DNA of 64,000 nt, taken from positions 1-64,000 of IMG/VR virus record IMGVR_UViG_3300029305_001134; one strand, given 5' to 3'. The notes beneath the pieces were generated by a model. The model saw only the letters and a program-made list of their open reading frames with translations. It was not told the origin of the DNA and did not search any database. This document shows positions 18,626 through 33,151 of the stretch, piece by piece. A program made the translations under genes and the position numbers. Origin of the DNA: a virus (taxonomy: Duplodnaviria; Caudoviricetes). Positions within the stretch are counted from its first letter, which is position 1; each line of letters begins with the position of its first letter.

Positions 18626-21600
18626 GCACAACTATTGATCAAAGAGTTGTCGAGATGCGATTTGACAATAAACATTTCGAACAGAATGTTCAAACGACGA
18701 TGTCAACTCTCGATAAACTTAAACAAAAGTTAAATCTGACTGGTGCTTCCAAAGGTTTAGAAAGTATCAATTCTGCGGCTAAGAATAATAACATTCATAT
18801 GCTTGGGGCTGCGGCTGAACAAGTAGGTGTTAAATTCTCAGCTATGCAGGTTGCTGGTATTACCGCGATTAGTAGACTTACAAATCAGGCTATGGCGGCT
18901 GGTGAAAAGATTGTTAAAGCTCTTACAATTGATCCTGTTAAGACTGGTTTCGAAGAATACGAGACTCAGATTAATGCAGTTCAGACAATTTTAGCGAATA
19001 CATCGCATAACGGTACAACGATTGACCAGGTTAACGATGCGTTACAACAGTTGAATGAGTATGCAGACAAAACCATTTACAACTTTACAGAAATGACTCG
19101 TAATATCGGTACATTTACCGCGGCGGGTGTCGATTTGGATACTTCAGTTTCAGCGATTCAGGGTATTGCAAACTTGGCGGCAGTATCAGGTTCGACTTCT
19201 CAGCAGGCAAGTACAGCAATGTATCAGTTATCTCAGGCTTTAGCAGCTGGACGAGTTTCTCTTATGGACTGGAACTCAGTAGTTAATGCCGGTATGGGTG
19301 GTAAAGTATTCCAAGATGCGTTAATCAGAACATCCAACGTTATGGGTACTGGTGCGGATGCAGCGATTAAGAAATACGGTTCATTCCGAGAATCTCTTAC
19401 CAAAGGCGAATGGTTAACAACCGAAGTTCTCACTGAAACTTTGAATCAGTTTACAATGGCTGCCGAAGAAGGTAGTAAAGAATGGGAGAAATTCAAAAAA
19501 TCCCTCAAAGATAAAGGTTATTCGGAAGAACAAGCTACAGCGATTCTTAAGATGGCGAATACTGCTACTAGCGCAGCTACCGAAGTTAAAACCTTTACCC
19601 AATTATGGGACGTATTAAAAGAGTCAGCTCAGTCGGGTTGGTCACAAACTTGGAAATTGTTAGTTGGCGATTTTGAAGAGGCTAAAGCTTTATTAAGCCC
19701 TGTAGCGGATGTGTTAACCGGAATTATTAACACAATGTCAAAGACGCGTAACGACATATTAGAGAGCGCACTCGGCAAAAGTTTCACAGGATTAGCCGAT
19801 AAGATTAAAGGAATTACCGATCCCGTTAAGAAATCTGCAGATGGTGTAAAAGAAGTAGTCGATTCGGTAAAAGATTACGCAAAAGTAGTCGATGAAATTA
19901 TCGGCGGTAAATGGGGTAATGGCCAAGCTCGCTGGGATGCTTTAACCAAAGCAGGTTACGATTGGGCTCATGCTCAGAATCTAGTTAATGAAAAACTCGG
20001 TTCGAGTGTAAGACATACTACCAACTATAAAGAAGCTCAAAATGGAGTTAAAAAAACTCAGGAAGAGACGACTGAAGCTACTGCTAAATTCATACAGAAG
20101 TTGACAGAAAAGTCTGATGCTGAATTAAGAGCTGCAGGATATGACGAAAAACAAATCAAAGCTCTTCGTGAAATCCAAAAACAGGCTGATAAAACAGGTT
20201 TGTCCGTAGAAGAATTTGTATTAAATATCGATAAGCTCGACGGTAAATGGTTGATCGTCAACTCATTTAAAAATATTTGGTCTGGTTTGTCTACGGTTGT
20301 TAAATCGTTCGGACAGGCTTGGCGAGAAGTATTTCATGGTGACGCAAGTGATGAAGAAATATTGGCTAAACGTGCTGATATGATTTATAACATTATCGCA
20401 GCGATCCATAAGTTTACTACATATTTAAAAACCAACGGTGAAGCTTCCGATAAACTCGTAAGAACTCTCAAAGGGTTACTCGCTATCGTCGATATCCTTA
20501 CAACTATATTCGGTGGCGGTTTGAAGATAGCTTTTAAAATAGTAACCAGTTTGCTAGAAGCGTTCGACATGAATATACTCGACGTTACTGCGAATATTGG
20601 CGATGCTATAGTAGCTTTCAGAGATTGGTTTGATAGTTTATTCGATTGTAGTGGAATAGTTGAGGTATTAGTACCAATATTAAAGAACGCTGCGGATGTT
20701 ATTGGATATTTCATAACTTCCGTAAAAGAAAGCGATACTCTGGCTCTGCTCGTTAAAAATCTGAAAAGTGCTATCAAAGCCATAGGTGATTGGATTAAAG
20801 GACTTAAAAATGCCGAAAATATTCCTGAGTATATAGCGGATGGACTTATCAACGGGCTTAAAGCGATTGTAGAGAATTTCGATAGTTTTGCTAAGTTGAT
20901 ATCTGACAAAATCAAAGAAATTCCAAACGATATTATCGCTGGTCTGACCGGTGGTTTATGGAATGGCGCTTCTGGTATCATTAAGACGCTCATGAACTTG
21001 GGTATCAAAATGATCGAAGCTATCTGTAATGTGCTCGGTATTCATTCTCCTTCAACCGTATTTATTGCGATTGGAGGATTCATTATAGCGGGACTTGTAT
21101 TAGGACTCACACAAGGATTCCCTGAAATTTGGGAAACTATTAAAACACTCGGACGAACATGCGCTGAGGGTATAACCGGAGCATTTGAAGGTTTACAGTC
21201 TTCTAAAGTTTACGGCTATATCAAATCATTCGTTGGTAAGATCGCTAGTTTCATAAAGAATCTCGATTTTGGACAGATTTTAGCTATCGGTCTTGGTACT
21301 GGAATGTTGTTCACTGTTAATAAAATGGTTAACGTTATCCAGGCGATTATTAACCCACTCGAAGGTTTGGGTGATATGCTCAGCGGTGTTGGCGAAATGT
21401 GCGAAGCGATTGGCGAGGGTGTTAAGAAATACTTTAAGTCGAAAGCCATGAAGAATTATGCAACTGCCGTATTAATTATGGCTGGAGCTATTACCTTAAT
21501 TGCATTTTCAATGAAAACATTAGCTGATATTGATACATCGGATTTGGTTAAAGCTGGTGTTGCTATTGTGGTAATCACAGGTATTGTTACCGGACTAACC

Positions 21601-24600
21601 ATATTGGTCAGTAAATTAAATACTGTTGGCGATTTCAGTATCAAACATGCTTTTGTAGTAATTGCTATCGCTGGCGCAGTTAGTTTATTGGTACTTGCGT
21701 TATCTAAATTAACGAACCTAGTTAATTCTGCGGAAAATCTCGGTTCTACGCTTGGTGTACTAGCTGGAATGTTATTGGGATTAGGCGGAATTGTGATCGC
21801 AATAAATGCTGTAGCAAAGATTGGAAATGAGGCTAACTTAAAAGGCGTTGGTTCCATGATACTTAAAATGTCCATAGCGATGTTATTATTGGTTCAAGTA
21901 ATCAAAATGGTGTCCAAACTCGATAATGGTGATATAATCAAAGGTTTGGCTGTCATCGGAACTCTCGAATTATTGTTTATCGGTATAGTTGCTGTTTCGA
22001 AGCTTGGTGGAGAACATGCTAAAAAAGCTGGTAGCATGATGTTAAAAATGTCGTTTGCACTATTAGCTATGATCGGTGTTATTAAAGTGGCATCTATGCT
22101 TGACAATAACGAGATTAAGAAAGGTCTTAAAGTTGTAGCGTCCGTCGAGTTATTATTTATGGGTATCATCGCAGTATCTAAACTAGCTGGTGAACACGCA
22201 AACAAGGCTGGTGGAATGATATTAAAAATGTCAGTGGCTCTGTTGGCAGTAGTATTCGTTATTAAGCAAATTTCCAAAATGGATGACGGTGATATTAAAC
22301 GAGGATTGACGGTAGTAGCTGTTTTAGAAATATTATTCGGCGGTTTAATCGCGGTGTCTAAACTAGCTGGTGAACATGCAACCAAAGCTGGAACTATGCT
22401 ATTGCTTATGTCTGGTGCGTTACTGATCGTATCGGGTATTTTGTATATAGTAAGTCAGATGCCTACGGAAGGCTTAGGACGAGCATTGGGTATCGTTACA
22501 GTACTCGAATTGTTATTCATGGGTCTGATATCTGCGACCAAAAATATACCAGAAAAAGCGATAGGCACATTGATAATGTTAATCGCGTCGATTGGTATAT
22601 TATTTGCTATGGTTATCGGTTTAACTTTTGTTGATCCTAAGAAATTAACGACAGCTACGGCGTCTATTTCTGCAGTTATTGGCATGTTTGCGGTGTTAGT
22701 AGGTTCTACTAAATATTTAACACATACTGACAAAACAGCTAAAATGTTATCTTCGATGGTAGGAGTTGTTGCTTTACTGGCCTTAATATTAGCCGGGTTA
22801 TCACTTATTGGTAATGTTAATACAATGATTCCGTCAGTAGCATCCTTATCATTACTATTGTTAACATTTACAGGCTCGTTGGTGATTTTGAGTAAAACTG
22901 GAAACATATTACCGTCTGTTTCTAATTTGTTACCAACAATGCTCGGTATAACAGCTGGATTAGCTCTTATTGTAGCAGGTTTAGCCTTGATTAAGTCAGA
23001 ATCGGCAATCACGAATGTTATGGCACTTTCTATATTATTGGAAGCGTTTGCTGTTTCCATGGTTGTATTAAGTAAAGCTGGAAATATATCAGCGTCTGTT
23101 GCATCGGCATTACCTGTTATGTTAGGTATTACTGCAGGTTTAGCTGTAATAATTGGACTTTTAGCTCTAATGAACGTGGAAGCTTCGATCAATAACGCGA
23201 TTTCACTGTCAGTATTATTGAACGCATTTTCTATTTCATTAGTTGTATTAAGTAAAGCTGGAACTATTACATCTAGTGTTATAACCGCACTTCCAAGTAT
23301 GTTAGGTGTTACAGCTGGATTAGCGATTATATTAGGATTGTTGGCTTTAATGAACGTTGAAGCATCATTATCTAGTGCGATCGCTCTCGGTGTATTACTT
23401 AACGCTTTCTCGGCTTCGCTTGTGATACTGAGTATGGCTGGAACTATATCACCGACTGCACAGGCAGCTTTGATTCCTATGCTTGGTATTACGGCTGGAT
23501 TAGCTTTGATATTAGGTTTGCTTGCAGCTTTTGATGTACAACCTTCTATCGAAACAGCTATGTCCATATCTACGTTACTGTTAGCATTCACTGTCGCTCT
23601 TGGTATCTTAACCGCTATCGGTCCAGCTGCTGTTTTAGCGGATGCTGCCATGATAGCTTTGGGTAAACTCGTAGTCGGAGTTGGCATAGTTCTCGCAGCG
23701 TTGGGTGTGTTACAAGAAACATTCCCTAGTCTCGAATCATTCTTAGATAGCGGTTTACCGTTGCTTGAGAAACTCGGCTATGGATTAGGTTCGTTTGTTG
23801 GTAGTATTATCGGTGGTCTTGCTGATGGTATCATGTCTAGTTTACCTGCTATTGGTACGTATTTATCGATGTTCATGATAAACGCTATGCCGTTTATTGC
23901 CGGTGCACAGTTGATTAATGAGCAGATGTTAGCTGGAGTTAGTTCGTTGGCTAAAGCAATATTGATAATCACAGCGGCTGATATTATCAATGGCATATCT
24001 TCATTTCTCGGTGGCGGCGAATCATCATTATCCGCTTTCGGTGCTCAATTACCTAAGTTGGGATTGGATCTGGCTTCGTTTGCCGCAAATTTGGGAACAT
24101 TCGATGAAAGTACTGTAACTACTGTGACTTGTGCTGCTAATGCTATCAAAGCTCTCGCTATAGCCGCTTCTGAAATTCCAAATGAAGGTGGATGGGCCGC
24201 TAAGATATTTGGAGAAAACAGTATTGCAACATTTGGCGAGAAGTTACCGCAATTAGCTACACATTTACGTAGTTTCATTACGAATTTAGGTACATTCGAT
24301 GAGGCTACGGTAACTACTGTTAAATGCGCGGGCAATGCCATTAAAGCTCTTGCCACAGCTGCTTCCGAAATTCCAAATGATGGAGGATGGGCTGGAAAGA
24401 TATTTGGCGAAAACAGTATTTCTACGTTCGGCGCGAAGTTACCTGCGTTAGGAACACATTTAAAGAGTTTCGTAACAAATCTCGGAACGTTTGACGAGGC
24501 TACCGTTTCTACTGTCGGTTGTGCTGGAGATGCTATAGCAAAATTAGCTGAAGCCGCTTCAAAAATTCCTAATGAAGGCGGATGGGCTGCTAAGATATTT

Positions 24601-25989
24601 GGTGATAATAGTTTAGCTTCATTTGGGGATCAATTACCTACACTGGGTACAAATCTTAAGAACTTTGCCACAAATCTTGGTACATTCGACGAAGCTACAG
24701 TCGCCACTGTTGATTGTGCTGGTTCAGCTATCGCGTCTATGGCTAAAGCTGCTAGTAGTATAGATGGGCAACCGGGATGGGCTAAAAAGTTATTCGGTGA
24801 TAACAGCTTAGCTTCATTCGGTGGAGATATGGAGAAACTTGGAACGAACCTGAAGAACTTTGTTAGTAATCTTGGTACTTTTACGGGTGCTCAAGTAGCA
24901 ACAGTAAATAGCGCTGTAGGAGCAATTAAAGCGTTTGCTAAACTGGCTGATGCTGACTTGAAATCCGCTAAGAAACACTTGACTGGATTCAGTGAAGATT
25001 TACCAACGCTCGCTAGTGATATTGCTGACTTCTGTGGAAAAATGCCTGGCTCAGATTCGATAACCACTGCGAAAACTAACGTTAGTAAATTGGTGGATAT
25101 GATAGGTGAATTAGCTTCTGCGAAATCTTCAGAGGCGGTAACATTCACCAATAACTTGAAGAAACTTGCTGATGACGCTGTTAAGAAATTTGTGAAAGCT
25201 CTCACGAGTGAATCGGCGAAATCTGATGTCAAGAAAGCAGGGGTAACGTTAATCGAGAAAGTTATCGATGGTGTTGAATCGAAAAAGAAATCGCTTAATA
25301 CCGCTTTCGGCGATGCTGTAAAAGGTGGTCCTAAGAAGATCAAAGAGTATAAAGACGATTTCTCCACAGCGGGTAAAGCTTTGTGTACAGGCTTAGCTAA
25401 CGGTATTAAGAATAATCAAGGTAAGGCAGTAGCTGCCGCAGAAGCAATGGCTAAGGCCGTTAAAAACGCAGCCAAAGAAGCTCTTAAAATCAATTCGCCA
25501 TCAAAAGTATTCGTAGCGATCGGTTCTGGTGTTATCGAAGGTTTTGTAAAAGGTATTGATGACAATATGGGCTATACAACTACCGCTGTTACTGATATGG
25601 CGGATACTGCTAAGAATGGATTTGGTAAAGCGATTAGTTCTATCACTGGATTACTCGATGGTTCTATGGAAATGCAACCTACAATTAGACCAGTTCTCGA
25701 TTTGAGTAACGTTAAATCAGGAGCTGCTTCTATTAATGGTATGCTGAATAATCAATCGGTTGGGATTTCATCGAATATTAATGCGATCTCTAACATGATG
25801 AACCAGAGAAATCAAAATGGAACGAATAATGACATCGTATCAGCAGTCGACAGGTTATATCGTAAGTTAGATAATGTCGGCGGCAACACAACATACAACG
25901 TAAACGGAATTACATATGATGATGGAAGTAATGTTTCGAATGCAATTTCAGCTCTCATTAGAGCAGCAAATCTGGAGAGGAGGATTTAA
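18622..25989 (+). CDS. tape measure protein
   Basis: 2455 aa; Ala/Leu/Ile/Gly-rich helical repeats; TMP domain ([12 protein letters not shown]); IHSPS/INSPS motifs. Confidence 0.93.
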   Translation: MSTTIDQRVVEMRFDNKHFEQNVQTTMSTLDKLKQKLNLTGASKGLESINSAAKNNNIHMLGAAAEQVGVKFSAMQVAGITAISRLTNQAMAAGEKIVKALTIDPVKTGFEEYETQINAVQTILANTSHNGTTIDQVNDALQQLNEYADKTIYNFTEMTRNIGTFTAAGVDLDTSVSAIQGIANLAAVSGSTSQQASTAMYQLSQALAAGRVSLMDWNSVVNAGMGGKVFQDALIRTSNVMGTGADAAIKKYGSFRESLTKGEWLTTEVLTETLNQFTMAAEEGSKEWEKFKKSLKDKGYSEEQATAILKMANTATSAATEVKTFTQLWDVLKESAQSGWSQTWKLLVGDFEEAKALLSPVADVLTGIINTMSKTRNDILESALGKSFTGLADKIKGITDPVKKSADGVKEVVDSVKDYAKVVDEIIGGKWGNGQARWDALTKAGYDWAHAQNLVNEKLGSSVRHTTNYKEAQNGVKKTQEETTEATAKFIQKLTEKSDAELRAAGYDEKQIKALREIQKQADKTGLSVEEFVLNIDKLDGKWLIVNSFKNIWSGLSTVVKSFGQAWREVFHGDASDEEILAKRADMIYNIIAAIHKFTTYLKTNGEASDKLVRTLKGLLAIVDILTTIFGGGLKIAFKIVTSLLEAFDMNILDVTANIGDAIVAFRDWFDSLFDCSGIVEVLVPILKNAADVIGYFITSVKESDTLALLVKNLKSAIKAIGDWIKGLKNAENIPEYIADGLINGLKAIVENFDSFAKLISDKIKEIPNDIIAGLTGGLWNGASGIIKTLMNLGIKMIEAICNVLGIHSPSTVFIAIGGFIIAGLVLGLTQGFPEIWETIKTLGRTCAEGITGAFEGLQSSKVYGYIKSFVGKIASFIKNLDFGQILAIGLGTGMLFTVNKMVNVIQAIINPLEGLGDMLSGVGEMCEAIGEGVKKYFKSKAMKNYATAVLIMAGAITLIAFSMKTLADIDTSDLVKAGVAIVVITGIVTGLTILVSKLNTVGDFSIKHAFVVIAIAGAVSLLVLALSKLTNLVNSAENLGSTLGVLAGMLLGLGGIVIAINAVAKIGNEANLKGVGSMILKMSIAMLLLVQVIKMVSKLDNGDIIKGLAVIGTLELLFIGIVAVSKLGGEHAKKAGSMMLKMSFALLAMIGVIKVASMLDNNEIKKGLKVVASVELLFMGIIAVSKLAGEHANKAGGMILKMSVALLAVVFVIKQISKMDDGDIKRGLTVVAVLEILFGGLIAVSKLAGEHATKAGTMLLLMSGALLIVSGILYIVSQMPTEGLGRALGIVTVLELLFMGLISATKNIPEKAIGTLIMLIASIGILFAMVIGLTFVDPKKLTTATASISAVIGMFAVLVGSTKYLTHTDKTAKMLSSMVGVVALLALILAGLSLIGNVNTMIPSVASLSLLLLTFTGSLVILSKTGNILPSVSNLLPTMLGITAGLALIVAGLALIKSESAITNVMALSILLEAFAVSMVVLSKAGNISASVASALPVMLGITAGLAVIIGLLALMNVEASINNAISLSVLLNAFSISLVVLSKAGTITSSVITALPSMLGVTAGLAIILGLLALMNVEASLSSAIALGVLLNAFSASLVILSMAGTISPTAQAALIPMLGITAGLALILGLLAAFDVQPSIETAMSISTLLLAFTVALGILTAIGPAAVLADAAMIALGKLVVGVGIVLAALGVLQETFPSLESFLDSGLPLLEKLGYGLGSFVGSIIGGLADGIMSSLPAIGTYLSMFMINAMPFIAGAQLINEQMLAGVSSLAKAILIITAADIINGISSFLGGGESSLSAFGAQLPKLGLDLASFAANLGTFDESTVTTVTCAANAIKALAIAASEIPNEGGWAAKIFGENSIATFGEKLPQLATHLRSFITNLGTFDEATVTTVKCAGNAIKALATAASEIPNDGGWAGKIFGENSISTFGAKLPALGTHLKSFVTNLGTFDEATVSTVGCAGDAIAKLAEAASKIPNEGGWAAKIFGDNSLASFGDQLPTLGTNLKNFATNLGTFDEATVATVDCAGSAIASMAKAASSIDGQPGWAKKLFGDNSLASFGGDMEKLGTNLKNFVSNLGTFTGAQVATVNSAVGAIKAFAKLADADLKSAKKHLTGFSEDLPTLASDIADFCGKMPGSDSITTAKTNVSKLVDMIGELASAKSSEAVTFTNNLKKLADDAVKKFVKALTSESAKSDVKKAGVTLIEKVIDGVESKKKSLNTAFGDAVKGGPKKIKEYKDDFSTAGKALCTGLANGIKNNQGKAVAAAEAMAKAVKNAAKEALKINSPSKVFVAIGSGVIEGFVKGIDDNMGYTTTAVTDMADTAKNGFGKAISSITGLLDGSMEMQPTIRPVLDLSNVKSGAASINGMLNNQSVGISSNINAISNMMNQRNQNGTNNDIVSAVDRLYRKLDNVGGNTTYNVNGITYDDGSNVSNAISALIRAANLERRI

Positions 25990-25991
25990 AC

Positions 25992-28667
25992 TTGGCTAAA
26001 CTATCAAGTGATAAAACATACGTTACCGTAGAAAAAGGCGATACCTTAAGTGCGATTGCGAGAGACTACGGTAACGGTCTCTCCTATAAACAACTAGCTA
26101 GTATAAATAATATTTCAAATCCGAATCTTATTTATATTGGTCAGAAAGTTAAATTATCCGGTACAGCTACGAGTAGTACATCATCTAATTCGAATACGGC
26201 TACTATCGATCACTTCGGTCTTCAAAGCAACGCGGACGGTGTATTATTTGCTACTTGGACTTGGAGTAAAAGTAATACTGCTAATTATGAAGTTCAGTGG
26301 TATTATCACACGGGAGATGGAGTTTGGTTTGTAGGGACAAAATCTACTACTGAAGATAAGCAGAGTACATATTCCATTCCGTCCAATGCTAAAAAGGTAA
26401 GATTTAGAGTTAAACCTATATCCAAAACTAAGACCGTTAACAACAAAGAAACTTCTTATTGGACGGCATCTTGGTCTTCATACAAAACATTCGATGTTAG
26501 CGCAAATATAGTAAAAGCGCCAAATGCTCCTAGTATCGAAATTGAGAATTTTAAACTTACTGCGGAAATCGCTGATATTAACGCTTCGGACGTAAATGCA
26601 ACAGGGGTACAGTTTCAAATTGTAAAGAATAATACCACGATATTTAAGACTGGTAAAGCTACCATTAACACCAGTACGAATTATGTTTCATATTCTTGTA
26701 CAGTCGATGCGGGAGGAGAATACAAAGTTCGTGCTAGATGTTACAAAGGTAGCACTTATAGCGATTGGTCTGGATATTCTGGCTCAGCTGAAACAATGCC
26801 CGCAGCGACATCTGGTATTACTACGATAAAAGCGACATCTGAAACTTCAGTATATCTTGAGTGGGCTGCTTCTACCGCCGCTGAAACATACGAAGTTGAG
26901 TACACTACGGAATCAAATTATTTCGACAACACTGATCAGACGACAACGAAATCAGGTATTAAAAACACACATTTCGAATTTGTTGGACTTACTAGCGGCG
27001 ATGAATATTTCTTTCGTGTTAGAGCTGTAAATACAAAAGGCGAATCATCTTGGTCTGAAATTAAATCAGTAGTTCTCGGCGAAGATCCTGCGGCTCCGAC
27101 TACATGGTCATCTACAACCACAGCGATTTCAGGGGAAAAAGTTATTCTTTACTGGGTACATAATTCAAAAGACGGTTCGAGTCAAACATTTGCGGAACTC
27201 GAATTGATCATTAACGGAGTAACATCAACCCTTAAAATCGAGAATACAACCGACGAGGACGAGAAAGATAAAACGAGCTTCTATGAAATAAGTACGGTTG
27301 ACTACAATGAAGGGACTACGATTCAATGGCGAGTTAGAACAGCAGGCATCACAAAAGTATACGGTGACTGGTCTATACAGAGAACTATTGACGTATACGC
27401 TCCTCCAACACTTGAACTTAGAGTCACATACGCGAATGGTGATGCCGTTGACGATTTGACTGGTTTTCCTTTCTACGTATATGGCTTACCAGGACCAAAA
27501 ACACAAGCTCCAATCGGTTACCATTTAACTATTACATCCAATCAAGTTTATGAGACTGTAGACAATATTGGAAATTTCAAAATGGTTAACGCTGGGGAGG
27601 AAGTTTACTCGAAATATTTCGATACGACTGATGCGTTATTGGTTGAATTTACACCTGGAAATATCGACCTTGAAAATGGTGTGACTTATACGGTGACGGG
27701 TACGGTTTCCATGAATTCGGGATTAACCGCTGAATCGAGTTGCGAGTTTAATGTTGTTTGGACTGATATAGAGTATTCTCCAAATGCTGAGATTAGTTAC
27801 GATGAAGATACATATGTAACCCATATCAGACCATATTGCGAGAGTTCGAGTTTGATATTCTATCAAGTTGAATATAGCAGTAATCGTTATACGAAAACTT
27901 CTACGGTAGTATCAATGGCTGACGGTTATCCAGTTGAGAAGACCAACGGAACAAATGTTTATACCACAACTGGCGAACAGGTGTTTACTGGAACCACTAC
28001 CGACGGAAGCTCTGTTTACTATTGTACGGTTGAATCTAAAACATTAATCGAGGGCGTTACATTATCAGTTTATCGAAGAGAATTCGATGGGACATTTACT
28101 GAACTTGCGACAGGATTGGAGAATACAAAGAATACATTCATCACTGACCCTCATCCATCATTGGATTATGCCCGCTATCGAATAGTAGCTATAACCGATG
28201 AAACCGGAGCGGTTAGTTATTACGATGTACCAGGATATCCGATAAAAGAGGTAGCTGTAATCATTCAGTGGTCTGAGGAGTGGAATACATTCGATACCGA
28301 TAGCGAGGATGAAATGGCCGAACCTGCTTGGTCTGGTTCTTTGCTTAGACTCCCATATAACATCGACGTATCCGACAGTCATAAACCAGACGTGTCACTA
28401 ATTGAATATATTGGAAGAAGAAATCCTGTTAGTTATTACGGAACTCAGAAGGGCGAGACTGCTAGCTGGAGTGTTGAAATACCTAAGAGCGATAAAGAAA
28501 CGTTATATGCTTTACGACGATTAGCTGTTTGGATGGGAGATGCGTATGTTCGTGAACCATCTGGTAGCGGATATTGGGCGAATATTACCGTTTCGTTCAG
28601 TCAGAAACATTGTGACGTAACTATCCCAGTATCATTTGATATTGCTAGAGTTGAAGGGGGTATTTAA
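25992..28667 (+). CDS. LysM- and fibronectin-III-containing minor tail (distal tail-like) protein
   Basis: [13 protein letters not shown]...NPNLIYIGQ LysM; [16 protein letters not shown] Fn3; TTG start. Confidence 0.85.
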   Translation: MAKLSSDKTYVTVEKGDTLSAIARDYGNGLSYKQLASINNISNPNLIYIGQKVKLSGTATSSTSSNSNTATIDHFGLQSNADGVLFATWTWSKSNTANYEVQWYYHTGDGVWFVGTKSTTEDKQSTYSIPSNAKKVRFRVKPISKTKTVNNKETSYWTASWSSYKTFDVSANIVKAPNAPSIEIENFKLTAEIADINASDVNATGVQFQIVKNNTTIFKTGKATINTSTNYVSYSCTVDAGGEYKVRARCYKGSTYSDWSGYSGSAETMPAATSGITTIKATSETSVYLEWAASTAAETYEVEYTTESNYFDNTDQTTTKSGIKNTHFEFVGLTSGDEYFFRVRAVNTKGESSWSEIKSVVLGEDPAAPTTWSSTTTAISGEKVILYWVHNSKDGSSQTFAELELIINGVTSTLKIENTTDEDEKDKTSFYEISTVDYNEGTTIQWRVRTAGITKVYGDWSIQRTIDVYAPPTLELRVTYANGDAVDDLTGFPFYVYGLPGPKTQAPIGYHLTITSNQVYETVDNIGNFKMVNAGEEVYSKYFDTTDALLVEFTPGNIDLENGVTYTVTGTVSMNSGLTAESSCEFNVVWTDIEYSPNAEISYDEDTYVTHIRPYCESSSLIFYQVEYSSNRYTKTSTVVSMADGYPVEKTNGTNVYTTTGEQVFTGTTTDGSSVYYCTVESKTLIEGVTLSVYRREFDGTFTELATGLENTKNTFITDPHPSLDYARYRIVAITDETGAVSYYDVPGYPIKEVAVIIQWSEEWNTFDTDSEDEMAEPAWSGSLLRLPYNIDVSDSHKPDVSLIEYIGRRNPVSYYGTQKGETASWSVEIPKSDKETLYALRRLAVWMGDAYVREPSGSGYWANITVSFSQKHCDVTIPVSFDIARVEGGI

Positions 28668-28669
28668 TC

Positions 28670-29728
28670 ATGGCTGATTGGACCGCCTCAATGCAACAAA
28701 CTTTCGAGTATTACATAGTCGATCCAGGGACTTGGAAAGACATGAAAAAACTCAACAATGTGAAATCTTGCACAATTAATCGTGATTCGACGGTCGAGAC
28801 TCTTGGTTCCGCTACGATTGATGTTACAGATATGTTGGGCGAGTGTTATGTTCGTGTGTATCTCATTACAATTCAAAATGGAGTAAAAGAGAAGCATCCG
28901 TTGGGTACCTATCTCGTACAAACACCGTCGTCAAAACATGATGGTAAAATACGTGATGTATCTTTGGATGCTTATACTCCGTTATTGGAATTAAAGGAAA
29001 AGAATCCGCCTTTAGGATATTCTATTCTCAAAGATAGCAATATTATGTCTAACGCATATAAATTAGCACGAGAAGCAACAAGGGCTCCTGTAGTACAAGC
29101 AACGAGTTCCGAAAAATTAAATTTCGATTTTGTAGCGAATACTGATGACACATGGATGACCTTCATAACCGATTTAATATCGAACGCAAAGTATTCATTC
29201 GATCTAGATGAGTTAGGTCGTGTGTTATTTGCACCTAAACAGGAATTACCATCGTTACAACCTGTTTGGACATATGATGATGGTAATAGCTCGATTTTGT
29301 ATCCAGAAATAACAATGGATCATGATTTGTACGGGATTCCAAACGTCGTTGAGGTTATTTATACTAGCGGGTATGATTACTACTACGGTAAAGCAGTAAA
29401 CGATGATCCGAATAGTCCAACTTCTACTGTAAGACGTGGAAGGGAAATAACGCATCGTATAACTAATCCGAGTTTTAGCGGAGTTGCTACAGAGACTCAG
29501 ATTAAGCGATATGCGGAACAAGTATTAAAGCAAATGTCCGAAGTTGAATATACAGTAACATATACGCATGGTTATTGCGGTACTCGCGTTAATGATTGTG
29601 TTCGTCTGGATTGCGCTCGTGCGGATTTAAATGATGTTAAAGCTAAAATTATTAGTCAATCTATTAAATGCGAACCGGGTTGTCCTGTGAGTGAAAAAGC
29701 TGTATTTACTACTAAATTATGGGGGTGA
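28670..29728 (+). CDS. minor tail/baseplate hub protein
   Basis: position and size after the distal tail protein. Confidence 0.7.
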   Translation: MADWTASMQQTFEYYIVDPGTWKDMKKLNNVKSCTINRDSTVETLGSATIDVTDMLGECYVRVYLITIQNGVKEKHPLGTYLVQTPSSKHDGKIRDVSLDAYTPLLELKEKNPPLGYSILKDSNIMSNAYKLAREATRAPVVQATSSEKLNFDFVANTDDTWMTFITDLISNAKYSFDLDELGRVLFAPKQELPSLQPVWTYDDGNSSILYPEITMDHDLYGIPNVVEVIYTSGYDYYYGKAVNDDPNSPTSTVRRGREITHRITNPSFSGVATETQIKRYAEQVLKQMSEVEYTVTYTHGYCGTRVNDCVRLDCARADLNDVKAKIISQSIKCEPGCPVSEKAVFTTKLWG

Positions 29729-29734
29729 TGAGAT

Positions 29735-32700
29735 ATGGGTCTGTCAAGCGATTTGATTTCACAATTTGTCAAGGCTACAAAAGATACCAAGAAGACAAGT
29801 TCTGAAACAACCATGTGGGGTACCGTCGTTGAGTATAATAATTCAAAATGGGTACGACTGGATGGTTCTGATCAATTAACGCCAATGTCATCGACAGTAA
29901 GCGCTGAACCTGGAGAACGTGTCACGATTCTCATCAAAGATCATAGGGCTACTGTTACTGGTAACCTGTCCAATCCATCGGCTAGTACTAGCTCAGTTGA
30001 GAGTGTTGCGGCCGATTTAGTAGTTGGTTCAGCACGAATCGATAATCTCGTGAGTGAGAATGTCGTTATTAAAGATACTCTGACCGCTAACAAGGCATCT
30101 ATCGAACAATTAGAAGCTCAAGACGTAGTTATCGATGGCATATTAACAGCGGCTAATGCTGAAATCGAGAATTTACATGCAACGAAATTAAATGCCGATA
30201 CCGCTAGTATTACGTATGCAACGATTGCCAATCTTGACGCTACTAATGCTTCTATATACAATTTACAATCGGTTTATGGTGATTTCGAAGTCCTTACCAC
30301 AAAGAATTTCGAAGCAGTTAATGGTGTAATCGATAATCTACAAGCAAATAAATTGGATGCTGAAACAGCTCGAATCACTTACGCTACTATCACTGATTTG
30401 AATGCTGCTAAGGCTGATATTAGTTTGTTAAATGCGGATGTTGCAGATATTGAAACATTAATATTCGGTTCAGCGAGTGGCGGTTCGATCCAAGCATCGT
30501 TTGCTAATGCGGTAATTGCACAGTTGGGAAATGCTCAGATTAAATCCGCAATGATCGAGAATGTTACTGCGGATAAAATTGTTTCCGGCGACATCATTAC
30601 CAATAATGTTCGAGTATTATCCGAGGACGGTAAATTACTTATTTCTGATGAGACAATTCAGATAAGTGATAATACGAGAGTTCGTGTACAAATCGGTAAA
30701 GATGCGGCTGGAGACTATTCTATTAATATCTGGGATGCTGACGGAAACCTTATGTTTAGTGAAGGTGGTATCACAGATAACGCGATTAAAGAAGCCATCA
30801 TTCGAAATGATATGGTTAGCGATACAGCGAATATTAGTGCTCATAAACTGGATATTAATAGTTTATTTAAAGTTATTAATGAAGACGGAAGTAACACTAT
30901 TATATCTAGCAAAATTTATTTGAATGATAAGAAACAGACTTTGGATGTAGCATTCCAACAGATGACTACTACGGTAAATCAAAATGGAACTGCTTTATCT
31001 GAAGCTCAATCTAATTTAGCTAAAGCACAGGCCGATCTTATTGCGGTAACCAATCGAACAGATGCAACCGAAGAAGAAATATCAGCTGCAAAACTTGCGG
31101 TGAAAGAAGCTCAAGACGCTGCGGATGCTGCTCAAGCTACGGCTAATCAGAACTCTTCCGATATTTCAGCTTTAACTCAGACGGTATCTACGCAAGGAAC
31201 ACAGCTATCGGTAGTTCAGGGACAGATTAGTAGTAAGGTTTGGCAACAAGATATTACGAGTGCTGTTAACGGTATTTCCAACGAGATGAATACAAAATAT
31301 TCTTCACTCGAACAGACTGTGAATGGTATTAATTCCACGGTAGCTAACCATACTTCTGAACTTATAAATAAGGCAGACAATAGTACAGTAATTAATGTCC
31401 AGAATCAGGTCAGTAACTTACAGCAGACAGTAGAAGGATTTAAAACCACTGTTAGCGAGACATATGTTACTAAGAACGAGTTTGATAATTTGGAGATAGG
31501 TGGTAGGAACCTCGCCGAAAAAACCTATTCGCATTGGACGGATACGAATGTTTCGCAGTGGAGCGGAGGAATTGGATATCGAGTTAACGGTGTTGACAAA
31601 TGGGCTACACTGACCGGATTTGATGAACTGGGACTTAAAGTCGGAGACTCATATACAATCTCTATAGACTTGAATGCAATTCATAAATCCATCAAATTGA
31701 GAATCGACTTATATAGAAATTCGACGCTTGGTGAAAATTACGTTGGTAGAAATTCCGAAGTAGTAACCGTGGGAACCAATAGACGAGTTTCATATAGTGG
31801 TGTTGTTGAGGAGGAGTTCCCATATTTTGCTATATATGTAGGAAATCATGATACAACCGATACCACAACAACGACTGAACAGTATAAATGTTTGAAAATC
31901 GAAAAGGGTAATGTCGCTACCGATTGGACACCAGCACCTGAAGATATTGAAAAACGAGTGTCTGCGACTGAAACAAAGATTGAGCAGAATTCAACCTCAA
32001 TAGAGTTAGTCGCTACTCGTACAGCGGCGAATGAAAGTGTAATTGCGTCATTACAGCTAGCTGCGGATGGTTTGACTTCTCGTGTGTCATCAAATGAAGG
32101 AAATATAGCAACCGCTTTAACGAATGCTGCGATTGCTCAAGCCGATATCGACGATCTTGAAATTGGTGGAAGAAATTTATTCAGCGGGTATAGTGAAGAT
32201 GAAATAGAACTTGGTGATTATCAAAGTGTTGGTAGTTTTACACAGTTTATGAATAAATTAACTTTTAATCCGTGTGAAACGGTAGGGGAAGTTTATACTA
32301 TTAGTTTTTGGGCGAAAAGTCCAAATGGTAGCACAGACTTACTATTATATAATAGTAATAACAATCCGAGACATTTTAATTTTTATACGATACTGACAAA
32401 TTCACTCGGAAGCGAATGGCAATATTTTACGCATACAGTAACGAATACTGACCGAGGTTCATCGTACACAGATACCTGCTGTAATAGAATCGAAATCTAT
32501 GCATCAGGTCAGTTGGGCGTACTAGTAAAGAAAATTAAAGTTGAAAAAGGTAATAAAGCAACTGATTGGACACCTGCTCCCGAAGACATGGCTACCGAAA
32601 ATGATATCGAATATGTAAATAGTGAAATAAACAACACTAATTCCCGTATCACCGCTGCGGAATCATTAATCGAGCAGTTAGATAACTGTATTCGTGCGTT

Positions 32701-33136
32701 GGTTACTGATGAAAACGGCCAATCATTGATGTCCCAAACAAGTACTGGATGGACGTTTAGTACGAGTTCAATTAACGATATGATGAGTAGTCTATCGAAT
32801 AGTATCGCAAGTTTACAATCCACAACTGGTAGTACACAAGCTACAGTTAACAGTCTTCAAAACGCCGTTAATGACTTGGAAGATACTGCTCAATATGTAC
32901 GTATTGCATCTTACGAAAACGAACCTTGTATTGAATTAGGTAAAAGTAGTAGTGAATTCAAACTTAAAATCACCAACACACGTATCATGTTTATGAGGGG
33001 TTCTAGCGTTCCAACATATATAGATACGACTGGGTTGATCACGGAAAACATCACGATCAACGGTGAATTGCATCATGGCAAATATGTCTGGAAACAACGA
33101 AGCAACGGCAACTATGGTGTGCAGTATGTAGGATAG
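29735..33136 (+). CDS. tail tip/host-specificity protein
   Basis: coiled coils; two IGGRNL...KIEKGNxATDWTPAPED carbohydrate-binding-like modules. Confidence 0.8.
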   Translation: MGLSSDLISQFVKATKDTKKTSSETTMWGTVVEYNNSKWVRLDGSDQLTPMSSTVSAEPGERVTILIKDHRATVTGNLSNPSASTSSVESVAADLVVGSARIDNLVSENVVIKDTLTANKASIEQLEAQDVVIDGILTAANAEIENLHATKLNADTASITYATIANLDATNASIYNLQSVYGDFEVLTTKNFEAVNGVIDNLQANKLDAETARITYATITDLNAAKADISLLNADVADIETLIFGSASGGSIQASFANAVIAQLGNAQIKSAMIENVTADKIVSGDIITNNVRVLSEDGKLLISDETIQISDNTRVRVQIGKDAAGDYSINIWDADGNLMFSEGGITDNAIKEAIIRNDMVSDTANISAHKLDINSLFKVINEDGSNTIISSKIYLNDKKQTLDVAFQQMTTTVNQNGTALSEAQSNLAKAQADLIAVTNRTDATEEEISAAKLAVKEAQDAADAAQATANQNSSDISALTQTVSTQGTQLSVVQGQISSKVWQQDITSAVNGISNEMNTKYSSLEQTVNGINSTVANHTSELINKADNSTVINVQNQVSNLQQTVEGFKTTVSETYVTKNEFDNLEIGGRNLAEKTYSHWTDTNVSQWSGGIGYRVNGVDKWATLTGFDELGLKVGDSYTISIDLNAIHKSIKLRIDLYRNSTLGENYVGRNSEVVTVGTNRRVSYSGVVEEEFPYFAIYVGNHDTTDTTTTTEQYKCLKIEKGNVATDWTPAPEDIEKRVSATETKIEQNSTSIELVATRTAANESVIASLQLAADGLTSRVSSNEGNIATALTNAAIAQADIDDLEIGGRNLFSGYSEDEIELGDYQSVGSFTQFMNKLTFNPCETVGEVYTISFWAKSPNGSTDLLLYNSNNNPRHFNFYTILTNSLGSEWQYFTHTVTNTDRGSSYTDTCCNRIEIYASGQLGVLVKKIKVEKGNKATDWTPAPEDMATENDIEYVNSEINNTNSRITAAESLIEQLDNCIRALVTDENGQSLMSQTSTGWTFSTSSINDMMSSLSNSIASLQSTTGSTQATVNSLQNAVNDLEDTAQYVRIASYENEPCIELGKSSSEFKLKITNTRIMFMRGSSVPTYIDTTGLITENITINGELHHGKYVWKQRSNGNYGVQYVG

Positions 33137-33151
33137 GAGGTATAATTCAAA

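Noticed and set aside
19233-25367. Long minus-strand ORFs (e.g. 22455-23687)
   Set aside because: These are antisense shadows of the repetitive tape measure gene, without RBS or recognisable motifs.
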